Origin: a phage
Assembly (NCBI GenBank): GCA_024682255.1
Contig: GCA_024682255.1_4716.1
Strand: one strand, 5' to 3'
DNA length: 64,000 nucleotides
This document shows, piece by piece, positions 1 through 11,400 of the stretch. Position 1 is the stretch's first letter, and each line of letters begins with the position of its first letter. Position numbers and translations under genes: made by a program. Below the pieces are notes generated by a model, which saw nothing but the letters and a program-made list of their open reading frames with translations, made no database searches and was not told where the DNA came from.

Positions 1-1471
1 CATCCGCTTCCGGCATAACCTTTGCAGGCGCTAATTTCGCGGCTTTTGGTTTAACTTCAACATACTCGGCAAGTGTTAATCCAGAACCGTCGGGTGCTTC
101 GATTTCGTGAATGGCATCGGCGTTACGCATCGCTGCTTTATATTGGACACCGCTTAACTGACCCGCATCGGCCAGATCGCTCGCGCGTACCAACACCGCA
201 TCCGATAACGACTGAATATATTCACCATGTGTTTTTGGTAACGTTGTCGCATCAAAGACATCAACCTTTTCTTCTTCGGTATCGTCGGTAACGACTTCGA
301 AGAGATCGTCGGTAATGTCCTGATCTTCATCGGGTTGGAAATCCGGCTGTACTTCTACCCCGGGTACTTCACGGACATCTTCGAACGAGCGTTCTACAAT
401 GGCGTTCCACGCATCAGCGTCATCGTCTTCATCCGAACCACCGACCAACTCCGCTTCTAACTCATCGGGATCAAGAACGGTAGCCAGATCCTCACCGTTA
501 GGAAGCACGACGTCGCGATCATCGTACTCCGCATCCGGGCTGTCTGCAAGAATATCCCGCTCTTGACGAAGAACCTGTTCCTCTTCTTGTTTCTGTTCTT
601 CTTCATTCGCGCTCTGCGACCACAGACGTGTTACCGCCATCATCCAACGACGCTGGAAGGTTTCGAGTGTCGTTTTATCGAGTTCTTCCCCTTCCTTTAC
701 AAGTCCGGTACGCCATTCTTCCAGCAAGCCGAGATTCAGCGTAAAGAAGTACACACCGTCTGTAAATACAACGTTAAGCTTATCCAGCGTGGCCCTGTCT
801 AACGAAGCCATCGTGCTGTTCTCACGATCGGTTCCCAGCCAGCGGAAGAAGTCAAAGAACGACAGCTCCTCCGGTGTGGCGAAATTCATGAGGTTGTTAC
901 GGGTCGGTGCCTGTTGCGTGGTACGCATCAACGAAATCTTCGGCAATGTTGACGGTATACGGAACAACAAAAAGTGTTGACGATCGCTTTGCTGTGCGAT
1001 TTCGTTGGCTTTCGACCAAATTGTTTTACGTACGTTGAACCATTCATCATACCAACGGGTGAGCGTTGGACGATAAATGTACATGTGGTTAAGATGCGCG
1101 TAGTTAGCAACGATCTGAGCGTTGATGTTTTTCTCTACCGTGCTTAGATCGGTAACCAAACGAAAACGACGATGTGATGCACGATAATCCAATTTCGCTC
1201 GTGGGAGTTGGAATCGTTGATCGCGTCGAGGTGCGCCCTGTTTGGTTGCGAGATCATCAGCAAACGAAATCCATAGTTGAGCACTTTCTTTACTCAGCAT
1301 GTATTCGTTTTCTGGAGGACCTATCAACGATGGATCCGTTGCGGTGTAATGATAGACAGCATAACGCGGCAGCTGCAATAGCTGCACTAAACGTAATCTC
1401 GGTGATAGTAGCTCTTGGTAGCGTCTGACACCGAACTGTCGGTAGTAATCAAGGTATTTAAGTTTTGCCAT
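1..1471 (-). CDS. hypothetical protein, N-terminal part only (gene continues beyond window start)
   Basis: Open minus-strand frame from ATG at 1469-1471 to position 1 (starts MAKLKYLDYYRQFGVRRYQ); absent from ORF track because no stop in window. ATG lies 3 nt after the stop of beta-prime exon 2 with GGAG ~10 nt upstream. No recognisable motif. Confidence 0.5.
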   Translation of the reverse strand, partial: MAKLKYLDYYRQFGVRRYQELLSPRLRLVQLLQLPRYAVYHYTATDPSLIGPPENEYMLSKESAQLWISFADDLATKQGAPRRDQRFQLPRAKLDYRASHRRFRLVTDLSTVEKNINAQIVANYAHLNHMYIYRPTLTRWYDEWFNVRKTIWSKANEIAQQSDRQHFLLFRIPSTLPKISLMRTTQQAPTRNNLMNFATPEELSFFDFFRWLGTDRENSTMASLDRATLDKLNVVFTDGVYFFTLNLGLLEEWRTGLVKEGEELDKTTLETFQRRWMMAVTRLWSQSANEEEQKQEEEQVLRQERDILADSPDAEYDDRDVVLPNGEDLATVLDPDELEAELVGGSDEDDDADAWNAIVERSFEDVREVPGVEVQPDFQPDEDQDITDDLFEVVTDDTEEEKVDVFDATTLPKTHGEYIQSLSDAVLVRASDLADAGQLSGVQYKAAMRNADAIHEIEAPDGSGLTLAEYVEVKPKAAKLAPAKVMPEAD

Positions 1472-1474
1472 GGG

Positions 1475-1654
1475 TTAGGCTCCACGAGGTCCCGTTAAGT
1501 TGCGTAATAGGAACGCAACTGTATCGTAACCAATATCAATGTTGAATTTATTTTTACCGCTTACCCAAAAAGCACGCTTCTTGTGCGAGTTGGTAATTTC
1601 GTCAATGGCTTCCATGGAATAAAGAACGTTAACCGAGACCGTATCACCGTCGAA
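1475..1654 (-). CDS. RNA polymerase beta-prime-like subunit (N-terminal segment), exon 2 (59 codons + stop)
   Basis: Minus-strand translation FDGDTVSVNVLYSMEAIDEITNSHKKRAFWVSGKNKFNIDIGYDTVAFLLRNLTGPRGA* matches the bacterial beta-prime stretch [21 protein letters not shown]...; frame has no Met so it is absent from the ORF track; stop TAA at 1475-1477. Confidence 0.7.
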   Translation of the reverse strand, partial: FDGDTVSVNVLYSMEAIDEITNSHKKRAFWVSGKNKFNIDIGYDTVAFLLRNLTGPRGA

Positions 1655-2161
1655 CCTTTTCTTCGCCTCAGGTCGCTACGCTGAGACCGCCTGCGTGGAT
1701 ACGTACATCACAGGCTGCTTGCACTTTCATGCAAGAGGAGACTATATCAAACCGTCAGCTTCACCTTCTCGATCGTATCGAGAATGCGGTGCTGAAGTAT
1801 TCTTCAGCAGCACCTGCTACGGTAACCTACACTTCGAAGACGCTTGTCCTCTACAGGGTGGTAAATCCCTTAGTCGTTGAACCTGCGTTGTTTCACATTC
1901 TTGTTTGCAAGAATGCCGTATTGCTACGCAACAACCAGGCTGCTGATTGCCCATTATCACGCACCTTAGCACCGCTTACGCGGCTTTTCTTTCAGCCTAA
2001 GCCTCCGTGGGAGGTAATGTCTGATTAAATCAGACATCGCCAGGAGGTAGTGCATCTCAACTGTTGTTTCCGCCTTTCGGCACCTCATGGGTTGTTGAGC
2101 TTTAGGGGTTCCCAGCAATTCGTAGGTTTTTCAAGCACTCCCTTTCGGGAATACCGGACCA
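1655..2161 (-). ncRNA. group I intron ribozyme core (P3-P9 region)
   Basis: On the minus strand: P-like GAATTGCTGGGAACCCC (~2105-2121), Q-like AATCAGCAGCC (~1938-1948), R-like GGTTCAACGACTAAGGG (~1866-1883), S-like GATATAGTCTCC (~1737-1748). P4 pairing UGCUG/CAGCA and P7 pairing GACUA/UAGUC are present; GAAA tetraloop hairpins (~2070-2084, ~2139-2151). No long ORF. Confidence 0.7.
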
Positions 2162-3646
2162 TTACCCTTTAGCTAATTTATTTAAGTATCTGAAATCCCA
2201 CTTATCTTTGCGTCTATTTTCGCACTTAATAGCTTGGTTCTTTATTCTCCAAGCCACCTTTGTTTTAGGTAATTGGCTGTAATTGGCCGCTGACGCAGTA
2301 CCTAAAACAACGGTTACGGTACCATCGGGTTTAGTAATCTCTACAGCGCGATAATGCTTACGTAACACATTACGCCAATATTCACGGCGTTCTGGCTCAG
2401 CATACTCAAGCATATAACCGTTGGTATCGACCAGACCGTAACACTCGTTTAAACGAGAGGTAGCGGCCGGTCTACTAATACCGATTGCTTTAGCCGCGTC
2501 AACCACGGTTTTATACGGGGTTTCATTACCGTCTCTATCTACAACCACAATAAAATCTGGACGCGAATCGAGCAGCTGCTGTCTTCGTTCAAGGGCTTGT
2601 TGATGAAGCACCTTGTTAACATGTTCGAACCCGTAACCTTCTGGACCGCGCCACCCTGGATTGTTATTCGCTCGATAAAGTACCGTCGCTGATTTCACTC
2701 CAGTCTGACGTGACGCCTCGTTTGCACTATGAACAACCGTGGTAGAGCCGTCAGGGTGATATATCCGTATCTGGTTCATTATACCGGAACCAACAAAATT
2801 ACCATCAGCTGATTTAATATCCGGCCATGGTTGAGGATTATCCTTGAATTTAACCACCCAACGACTGTTAAACAATTTGACTTTCCGGGCATGTTTACCC
2901 ATTGTCGTATCCGTAACACCAGCTACAACAGAGGCTTGCGTGATACTCAGGTACTCAGTAACGGTATCGTCCCATGTATCCCAGAGCAGAACCGGTTTAT
3001 TGTCGTCGCGTAAACCGTGTTCGATAGCATGCAGGACATTACGACTTCTGGTTGCCCATTCAAGGTTGTCAAGAGAATAGTTCCACTTATCGGCATCAAG
3101 ATGGTTAACGTCCATCCTATCGACATCGGCTGGATACTCTCTCCACGCCAGCATTAGACAACGGTGTAATACCTTGCTACCGGCCTTCTGGCGACAATCA
3201 TGTTTCAAGCAGACAGTAACGTAACGGTTCGTTACGAAACACGGGCGACAAATGCTCCCGTCTTTTCTGTCCCTGATATCACCTACTTCGTTTATTACAT
3301 ATCTCGTCAGTCCTGGAATAACGCGATAGCCAGGATACTTAGCGATTTCATAAGCGGGCTCGAACCGATAGGATAAATTATCAACATCCCAGTTAGATTC
3401 GTCACCATCAACAAACATCGCTTTGACGTATTTCTGTGTTTCAATATCAACCAGGATGTTTTTGTGTGCGATACAAATCAATGCTGGGATATTGAATTCG
3501 CGACCGGCTAAGATAACCGTGTCGCCATCTCTCGGTACCTCGACGTGGGTATCGCGATACCGCAAGTTTCCATAGCCGTCTATTTCAATCCAGCTTAGAA
3601 ACGGAATAGATATAAATTCTTTTTCAGATACTCGCCATTTAAACAT
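2162..3646 (-). CDS. HNH homing endonuclease (intron-encoded)
   Basis: Track ORF, 494 aa; HNH_3-type motif VNHLDADKWNYSLDNLEWATRSRNVLHAIEHG; ATG with AGGGG SD; lies between the 5' splice site and the ribozyme core. Confidence 0.85.
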   Translation of the reverse strand: MFKWRVSEKEFISIPFLSWIEIDGYGNLRYRDTHVEVPRDGDTVILAGREFNIPALICIAHKNILVDIETQKYVKAMFVDGDESNWDVDNLSYRFEPAYEIAKYPGYRVIPGLTRYVINEVGDIRDRKDGSICRPCFVTNRYVTVCLKHDCRQKAGSKVLHRCLMLAWREYPADVDRMDVNHLDADKWNYSLDNLEWATRSRNVLHAIEHGLRDDNKPVLLWDTWDDTVTEYLSITQASVVAGVTDTTMGKHARKVKLFNSRWVVKFKDNPQPWPDIKSADGNFVGSGIMNQIRIYHPDGSTTVVHSANEASRQTGVKSATVLYRANNNPGWRGPEGYGFEHVNKVLHQQALERRQQLLDSRPDFIVVVDRDGNETPYKTVVDAAKAIGISRPAATSRLNECYGLVDTNGYMLEYAEPERREYWRNVLRKHYRAVEITKPDGTVTVVLGTASAANYSQLPKTKVAWRIKNQAIKCENRRKDKWDFRYLNKLAKG

Positions 3647-3731
3647 ATAAACCCCTGTATAACCTTACTGTCACACTAAGAGGTTTATCTGTAAATTCTT
3701 ACAGAATGGCGTAATTTTACTAAAAGGGCCG

Positions 3732-5198
3732 ATCACCGCCTAAACCGGCGAGGTATGGCGCAGGAACAATAGTCGTTTCTACGAACGAAGCATTAGGTAA
3801 CCAGTCGGGGTATTCCCATGCGATAAATCGTTCATCCGTTATTGGTTCCCAGTTACTATCCAGTTCGGTTTTCGGTTTTGCAGCGACGGTTGTACGCGCG
3901 TAACAGGTTAACGGGATAACGGATTGCATACCCGATACCGGATAACGTGTTACCATCGCAGCCAGGTTATTCCAGTACTTATATCCGGCGATATAGATAA
4001 GCTCGGTGTAAGTAATGGGGTGAACATCCGCACCAGGTTTATTCAACATCTCTGGGGGTAATTCACTCATACCACGGAATAACCGAAACGAATCGTTGTT
4101 CACATAGACGAGGCAAAGATAACGTCCATTGACCATGATAGGTTCATTACGCACACCAGGATCGCTTAAGGTGTTCAGTAAACGTTCGATACCGTCCCAG
4201 GTTGTAAAGTCATCGATGGTGTCTGGATCAAGCGTGACACGTTCACGTTCCATCGTTTCGGTATCGATAAGTTCAACTTCTGTAACATCACGGACAAATA
4301 TTTCCTGCAAAATCCCCGTACGTAACGCATGTTGCGTTACAGGGAGAGCAGCTTTACTCATCTGGTATAACCCTAACTGAACCGCGGTACAGGAAGGCTG
4401 GTTAGGCGACCCTAGTACCTCCGTTGTGGGGTTAATTGCCGAAATAACGTTACGGGTTGAGTTCCAAACGCGACGTGAACCGAACTTGCCTTGGAAGATC
4501 CCTTTCTTACCTTGGAACATATCCAACAACAAAGCGTAGATATCGTTAAATGTTCTCTGTAAGCTCCAGCGCTGGCCGTCGTAAACGGGATCAGAATAAT
4601 CTTTTAATCCATCAGGGACGGTGTTAGAAATTGCAAGGAAACGACGATACAACTCTGTGATTTCTTGCTCGCTTTCATACCCGCCTTCTTTTACTTCTAT
4701 TTCACGTAAGCCCGCAGGTAAAACCAGTAAGTGACGAGTCATCGCTTTGAACATGTTCTCTTCGACAACTTTAATTCGTAGCTCTCGTTGAGCTGAACCT
4801 GTTGAAACGAACTTGATATCCGCGACGTGTTGTGCAAAGAACCCATATCCTGTTTGTCCTGTTAACGCATCAGACGCAACGAAGTCGCGTTGTTCAGGAT
4901 CCCACCGAGCGTACGCCTTCCCCGACATGATATCGCCATAGAGGTGTTTTAGTCGAATGAGGCGATCGTAAATGACGGGATGCAGGATTTCAACCTTACA
5001 TTCAATCACCGCAAATCGACGGTCTCGATCTTCGCTACCCGCACTACCAAAGATGGTGTAAGAATAGAAACCATCATCGTGGAAATTACCGGTGCTTGGG
5101 TCACGGATGCTCATGCTCGTGATCTTGGGGAGAAAACGTAACTGCTGTTTATCGAGGTGTAAAATACTAATGTTAAACGGCTCTCTGACTTTAGCCAT
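3732..5198 (-). CDS. RNA polymerase beta-prime-like subunit (N-terminal segment), exon 1
   Basis: Track ORF 3720..5240. Start moved to ATG at 5196-5198 (M15, AGAGGAG SD). Beta-prime-like motifs: TIFGS (cf. RIFGP), LLVLPAGLRE (cf. LTVLPVLPPDLRP), ITELYRRFLAISN (cf. LNDLYRRVINRNN), GKKGIFQGKFGSRRVWNSTRNVI (cf. [23 protein letters not shown]), VTRYPV (cf. NRAPTLH). Ends ..PAPYLAGLGGD at the position of ..AAYNAD, so the last codons RPF plus the TAG/TAA stops are read as intronic. Confidence 0.75.
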
Positions 5199-5443
5199 GG
5201 AGACACTCCTCTTTACCACCACCGGCTGCGGCGGTATCATCTGAACACACGAGAGACGTAATGGGTGATGGCGTCACCCATCGCTTCCTTGCTTGAGGCG
5301 AGGAAGTTATTAGGTTACGTACCTGCCTGATTTTATCAGGTGGGCGATGTGTGAAGTTACGCTTCAACATTATCAATGCCGAAGGTAAACTTCGTGCATC
5401 ACGTTCCAACGTAACATGGGAACGTATCGAACTGGAGGTATAC
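5199..5443. promoter_or_regulatory. divergent intergenic region with palindromic hairpins
   Basis: Lies between divergent starts of beta-prime (5198, minus) and the giant virion protein (5444, plus). Inverted repeats GGGTGA-tggcg-TCACCC (~5263-5279), CTTCCT..AGGAAG (~5284-5306) and CGTTCC..GGAACG (~5400-5422). Confidence 0.35.
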
Positions 5444-8400
5444 ATGGTAGATAAAACCCGTGTTGAGGGTGATGATAATTGGGATAACTGGGATGAAGAC
5501 TTCTCCCTGGATCTCGATTTCAACGAACCCAAAGACGATCGTAAACCGATAACACGCTTTGCGGTAGGCGCGGTTAAAGGTGCCGCTGAGGATCTTACTT
5601 CCTACGAAAGAATGAAGGAGATCGCCAGAAACGCGTTGCCTAAGGGCTACAGCGACGGTATGGATCTTATCGATTCCGCCGTCGGATCCACGAAGGAACT
5701 ATACAATGAAGCCGTTCGTGACGTTCTTCCTAAGGTCCAAAGCTCAAAACGGTTAGCCGCACAACTAACCAAGAAATACCGTGCGAGCATGCCCGATTTC
5801 TCAAAGAAAATTCTCGAGCAATGGGAGCGAGAAGCCAAGGAAGAAGACGAACGTAAACAAGCTGAAGAAACCCTTCGTCAACGCATGGCGAGCGCTGGGG
5901 ACGATGAGATCGCCCGCAAGGTTGCCGAGGCATTAGGTGAATCAGCAAACCAAAGCGCGGATCAGTTCGCTGAACAGCAAGCAAAAGAAAGTATCCGTGA
6001 CGATATCGCTGACAAACGGTACGCTGTAACCAACAAACAAATGAGTGCGATGCAAGAAGGCGTCGCCAAGATGGTTGGTTTCAACAATGAATTCGCTGCA
6101 CGCTACATGCGTAAAAGCCTGGAACTGAAATATCGTTCCTTAGCGATTCAACGTGCGAGTTTTGATCAGCATAAAAAGTTAGCCGAAGTCTATATCGGTT
6201 TATTACAAAACATCCAGAAGAATACGGCTTTACCTGATGCGGCTAAAGCGAAAATGTCGGAAGAATTCCGTCGTAGCGCATACCAACGCTTCTTTGGTAA
6301 TGCGTTAGATGCGATGGGTTCTTTCGAGAACCGTTTCTTTGCCGATGTTAAGAAGAACCTTGCCACCAACGCATTAGGTGCTTTAAAAGGCGTCGTATCT
6401 GGCGCAAACGATGCGTTATACGGTTTAAACGAAGCGCGTGACTCGATGTCCATGATGGACGGGATGGGGTCAGAAGGCGATATTAAGGAAATGCAAGGAA
6501 AGATGTTGGGTCAGTTCATTGGCTCAACTGTCGCCCCATGGATGGCTAATAAAGGCAGGATGGCGTTACGCGATTTAGCAAAACGTCACCCCAATGCTAA
6601 ATTCGCTAGCGCGTTAAAAGCCGTGGATCAAGGTGGTGAGGCTGCCGCTTACACGACGCGTAATCTCGGTAAACTGCTCCAGGAAGATATTCGTAAAAAC
6701 GAATTCAATCTTAGCGATCCGTTTTACAAGCAATTAATACGTGGCGCAGGGCGTTGGGCGTTCAACATGGACAGCGGACGTAACTTCCGTGTGATGAACG
6801 ACACCGCTGAAACACTGGCGGAGCAAACGTCTTTCGACGGTTTAACTTACCGCAGCATCAACGAGGTTATTCCTGGCTTTCTTGCACGCATTCTGAAAAG
6901 CAGTGAAGGTATCCGCACCGGAAACAGCGATCCTGACTACGAGGTCTATGACGGCATCAGCGGGCAATTCGTGTCTCAGCGCACGCGTGAACAAAGCGTC
7001 AACGACACGCTGTTTAACAAACGTTCGTTTGGTTATTACGCAAGCCGTTTCAATGAGGTCATCTCGGTCATCGATCCTGATAAGCAATTATCGGAAAAAG
7101 CCAGAAAGGCGCTGGCTAAGCAGTTGGCACGAGATAGCGACGCAAATATCGCATTCGACCCGGCCCGTTTTACGGATGAAAGCAACTTCGATCGTAGTAT
7201 TGACCGCGACGCTATTAAGGAACTTTCCACGTACTTTCGTGACCGTTACGGTATTCGTGATGATGTCAACGATAAGGGCGAACGTCATCAGGTCATTGGA
7301 AACCGCGGGCAATATTACACGGAACGTAACCGAGCTGATCTTCGCTACGGAAATCTGAAATCGTTACAGCCGGATATCCAGCGTAACCTTAACCTACTGA
7401 AACGTACTGGCGACGTCCAATATCTGGAACGTATCGGTATTGTAACGAGAAATAGCGACGGAAGTTACTCGGTTAATCACGATCGGTATTTCTCTGAAAT
7501 CGATCGGTACATCGACCGACCGGAGTACGCTGAACGTAGTGATGTTAATACGCGATTAACCGCTCAGGAAACAAGAGCGCTGGCGCTAGGTTATCGTGAT
7601 GCAAAACCATCAGCTGGTGACGTCCAAAATGCGGGTCTGCCGAACATCGATCGTAAGGCTGTTGGCGCAGTAACCGTTGATGAAAACATCGGCTACGATA
7701 AATGGTGGAACGATACAGGTGTTATCACCACATCGCTTGAAGAACAGAATCGAGCATGGCAAGAGCTTTATCTCGAAGCGTTGTCTGAAGCATCCGAACA
7801 ACGTGTTGAAATGCTTACGTTACTGAAAGCCATTTCTGAGAAAGACTGGTCTAATAACGTTTCGCTGGATGGTGTAGATGTACCTGAAGGTGCGGCACCC
7901 ATTTCATTTATCGATCGTGCCAAACAAAAACTCGGTACACGCAACCTCTTTAAAGGTGGTCGTAATCTTCTCTGGAAAGGAATTAAAAATACCGCACGTT
8001 TGGGTGTTAAAGGCGCGCGCTGGGGTGCAGAACGCACGTTGGGTAGTTTGGTAAATTCTGGCCGACGCATTATCGATTTCAACCGCTTCGTGTTCGGCGC
8101 ATTATCCAAGGTTGATCAGGTTCCGTTTGACATTTACGTTAAAGGGGAATCCCAACCACGCATATTGGCGGCCAAACTTCGTCAGGGGTTATACTTCGAC
8201 GAAGCGACAGGAAAAGCCGTAAAACGGATGAAGGATATCAAAGGCCCACTCGTTGATGTGGATGGAAATATCGTAATCAGCAACGAGGATATCGAGAAAG
8301 GGTTGGTCACTCGCGCTGGTCGAGCCTTTGAGAATTCAGGACTTAAGGCGTGGGCACGTGAAGGTCTTAATGGAATCACGACGGTATTAAGTCTCCCACG

Positions 8401-11400
8401 GATGTTAAAACGCGGTGCGGTCGAGATCTACAAACAGCTCGACAAGACGCCCGACGTTTACGTCAAGGGAGAATCAACGCCTCGTCTGTTGTCCATGGTG
8501 TTAGCAGCGGGTGGGTATTTCCGTCGGTCGGATGGACAAGTCATCAAAAATCTTGAAGATATCGATGGTGATGTTGTTGATGCACAAGGTAACGTCGTAC
8601 TTACGCTTGCCGACATGCAGAAAGGACTTGTCGATAAATACGGTAAAGCGATTCGTCGCTTAAAAGAAAAGCTCATCAACTTCGGTGTAAAAGCTTTTAC
8701 GTTACCGTTAACGCTGCTACGTAAGACAAAGGACATCCTTAAAGCCCTTCCAGGTAAAACCGTTAACGGTCTACGACGGATGGGATTAAACTTCCAATCA
8801 CCTGACGCATTACTGGTGGGAACAACGTCGAGCATGGTAGATCGCCTCGATGCTATTTACCAGCTTCTTGACCAGCGTATGCCGGGAGGTGATAAGGATT
8901 ACCGCGATTGGAATGGTGATGGTGTTCGAGAAGGATCGTTGGAAGACCTGAAACGTAAGCGTGAAGCCAAGGAAAACGGTAAGGATGAATCAGGCAAAGA
9001 TTCCAATAAAGGAGAAGAAAAGGAGAAGAAACGAGGGTTACTCGGAAGCCTTTTCGATATGCTCGGCGATACCGCATTAGGCAAACGACTCATGGCGAGT
9101 CCGCTTGGAAAAATTCTGGGTGGTCTTGGGGCGGTGTTAAGCGGCGGAGCATCGTTAACCGGATTGTTAGGCAAGGGTCTCATTAGTGGAACCGGCGCGC
9201 TGGTCAAGGGAGGACTAAGTGCGGCAGGATGGTTAGGACGTGGTGCGTTAATGGCGGGCGGAGCCGCATTGAACGCTGTTGGTGGTTTATCGGGATTAGG
9301 CGCATTCCTTATATCACCTGTTGGGCTTGCTATTGCAGGTGGTGCATTGGCTGCTTATGCAGGATGGAAGATCTATCAGCATTTCGCCGAGAAGCCTGAC
9401 CCGATGCAGAAGCTCCGTCTTATTGCATACGGTGCAAAAGGGGACGATAAAGACTTCAATAAGAAGCTGCTTGCGACAGAAACATACCTCACCGATCACG
9501 TGGTTATGACCGGGGATACCATCGGATTCGATCCGAAAGCGGATTCTGAAAAGATTCTCGAAATCTGGGAATTGTCCCTGGAAGACTCCGACCGAATGAA
9601 CGAATGGAAACGCTGGTATCTGCATCGTTTTATTCCTGTTTTCGCTCGTGCGTACAAACTCTGGAAAGAGCATATGCCGGACGAGAAGAAATACATGGAA
9701 ATGGATAAATATCCGAACGGTGAGAACAAAGTGAAATGGTCGGAAGCGTTTATCTGGCCTTCCGATAGTCCTGACGGTCCGTATTACGTCGAAGCTAACC
9801 CGTTGGGTTCTTCTGGTGCGACGCGTTATATTGCTGGTCAAGACGTCAAAACCTTGATGCTGAAACAACTCGAAGCCATCAAGAAAGAGTACCAGAATCA
9901 GATCAAACAATACACTCATGATGAGGCTATTGCTGATTGGTCACGGATGTCTGACACACAACGTAAATCCGTTGCGCCTAACGCATTACGTGGTCAGAAA
10001 GCGTCGTTACGTTTTAACGATAAACGTTACAACAGCGCTGGCGCTAAAGGACGACAGAAGCTTGACGCGACCGCGGTTATTGAAAGCGTAGACCGTCGTG
10101 GTAGAAAATGGGTTGCCGGTGGATACATCGATGAACTCACCAGTCTCCGTGTTCGTGCGTACGGTATTAAGGTTCCGTTGTTAAGTCAGATAAAAGTGCT
10201 GATGGAACTCGAAGACGCTGTAGAACCCGGCGTTGTCGCTGAAGGTAAAGGTGTTAAATACGGTGGCGATCTTGTTGCGCTCTACAAGAAATTCGCGACG
10301 AAATTCGGAAGAGACGTTAACAGCAAGCGGGATCAGGATATCTGGTTCGCTTGGATGAATAACCGTTTCCTACCCGTCTTTTTAACCTATTACCAACAAG
10401 TTAGCGAAATGGGCGGTCAAGGGCTTCTGTCCGACGTGGTACAGAACCTGAAAGACAGCCAACGTTGGGAAATCGGTGAAGCACTTGTCGCAACGCAATA
10501 CCGTGATGAGAAAGGTACACTGCAGCCTGTATGGTCCTGGAATAGTTGTGGTTTCTCCGGTACTGAAGCTAACACCACCAGCAGTTCAACAAAGAGCCAG
10601 CTCGATCTGTTAAAAGAATATGCGGATAAAGAGAAGGTTCGTGAGAAGAACGCGGAAGCATCGCAAGAGGATGCCGATAAATTATCGAAGATCCAAGAGC
10701 TGATGATGAAGCAGGCTGGGTACGAGAAGAAAGACGGTGTCTGGCAGAAGAAATCTCGCATTACCGGTGGGATGAGTAACTCCGAAGCGAATTACAACCC
10801 CAATAGGAATAAGGTCGGTGAAAGCAGCTTTACGGCTTCGGCTACGTCCAATGCGGGATTGGGATCAACCGGCGATCTTACTGGATTGCCTAACATGGGC
10901 TTACAGAAACCTGCAATGGGACCAGGTCCTGAAGCTGGACGTCGTGCGCTTGTTAAATCCGCTGTAAAACGCGGCATTACCGATCCGATGGAAATGGCCA
11001 TGTTCCTTGCGAACATCGAACATGAATCGGGGAACTACACTCACGTACGTGAGGGGAACTATAAGACACCGGAGCGTCTTAAACAGGTCTTCCCTTACAA
11101 ATTCCGTGATGTGCAGGATGCCGCACAGACGATCAGCATGGGGCCGGAGGCGGTATTCGAACGTGTGTACGGTAATCGTAAAGATCTCGGAAACACACAG
11201 AAAGGAGACGGGGCGAAGTATTTAGGACGTGGCTTCATTCAGGTTACCGGTAAAGCTAACTACGCTCGTCTGTCTAAGACCTTGAATAAGGATCTTGTCA
11301 GCGATCCGACCTACCTGGAAACGCCGGAAGGTGCGGCGGAAGGTAGTGTCGCGTGGTGGCTCAACCGAGGTAATGTATTACGCGATCCCGCAAAACGGGG

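Larger units (their letters stand above)
1655..3731 (-). mobile_element. group I self-splicing intron carrying an HNH homing endonuclease ORF
   Basis: Upstream exon ends on U (..GGT GAT| at 3732); intron ends on G (..AAAAGG| before TTC at 1654); joining restores the DFDGD motif in frame. Ribozyme core elements lie downstream of the HNH ORF. Confidence 0.75.

Noticed and set aside
1-1471. ORF starting at ATG 1471 as the direct continuation (exon 2) of beta-prime
   Set aside because: There is an in-frame TAA two codons upstream and no DFDGD-adjacent homology; the true exon 2 is the Met-less frame at 1475..1654.
2162-3646. HNH endonuclease as a free-standing gene between two unrelated genes
   Set aside because: The flanking sequence restores a beta-prime DFDGD motif when joined and the downstream RNA has group I core elements, so an intron-encoded endonuclease is the better reading.
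5351-5443. GTG/TTG-initiated N-terminal extensions given in the ORF track (e.g. 5351, 14357..15475, 29842, 31975, 44036)
   Set aside because: Downstream in-frame ATGs with canonical SD sequences exist, and several extensions overlap terminator hairpins.
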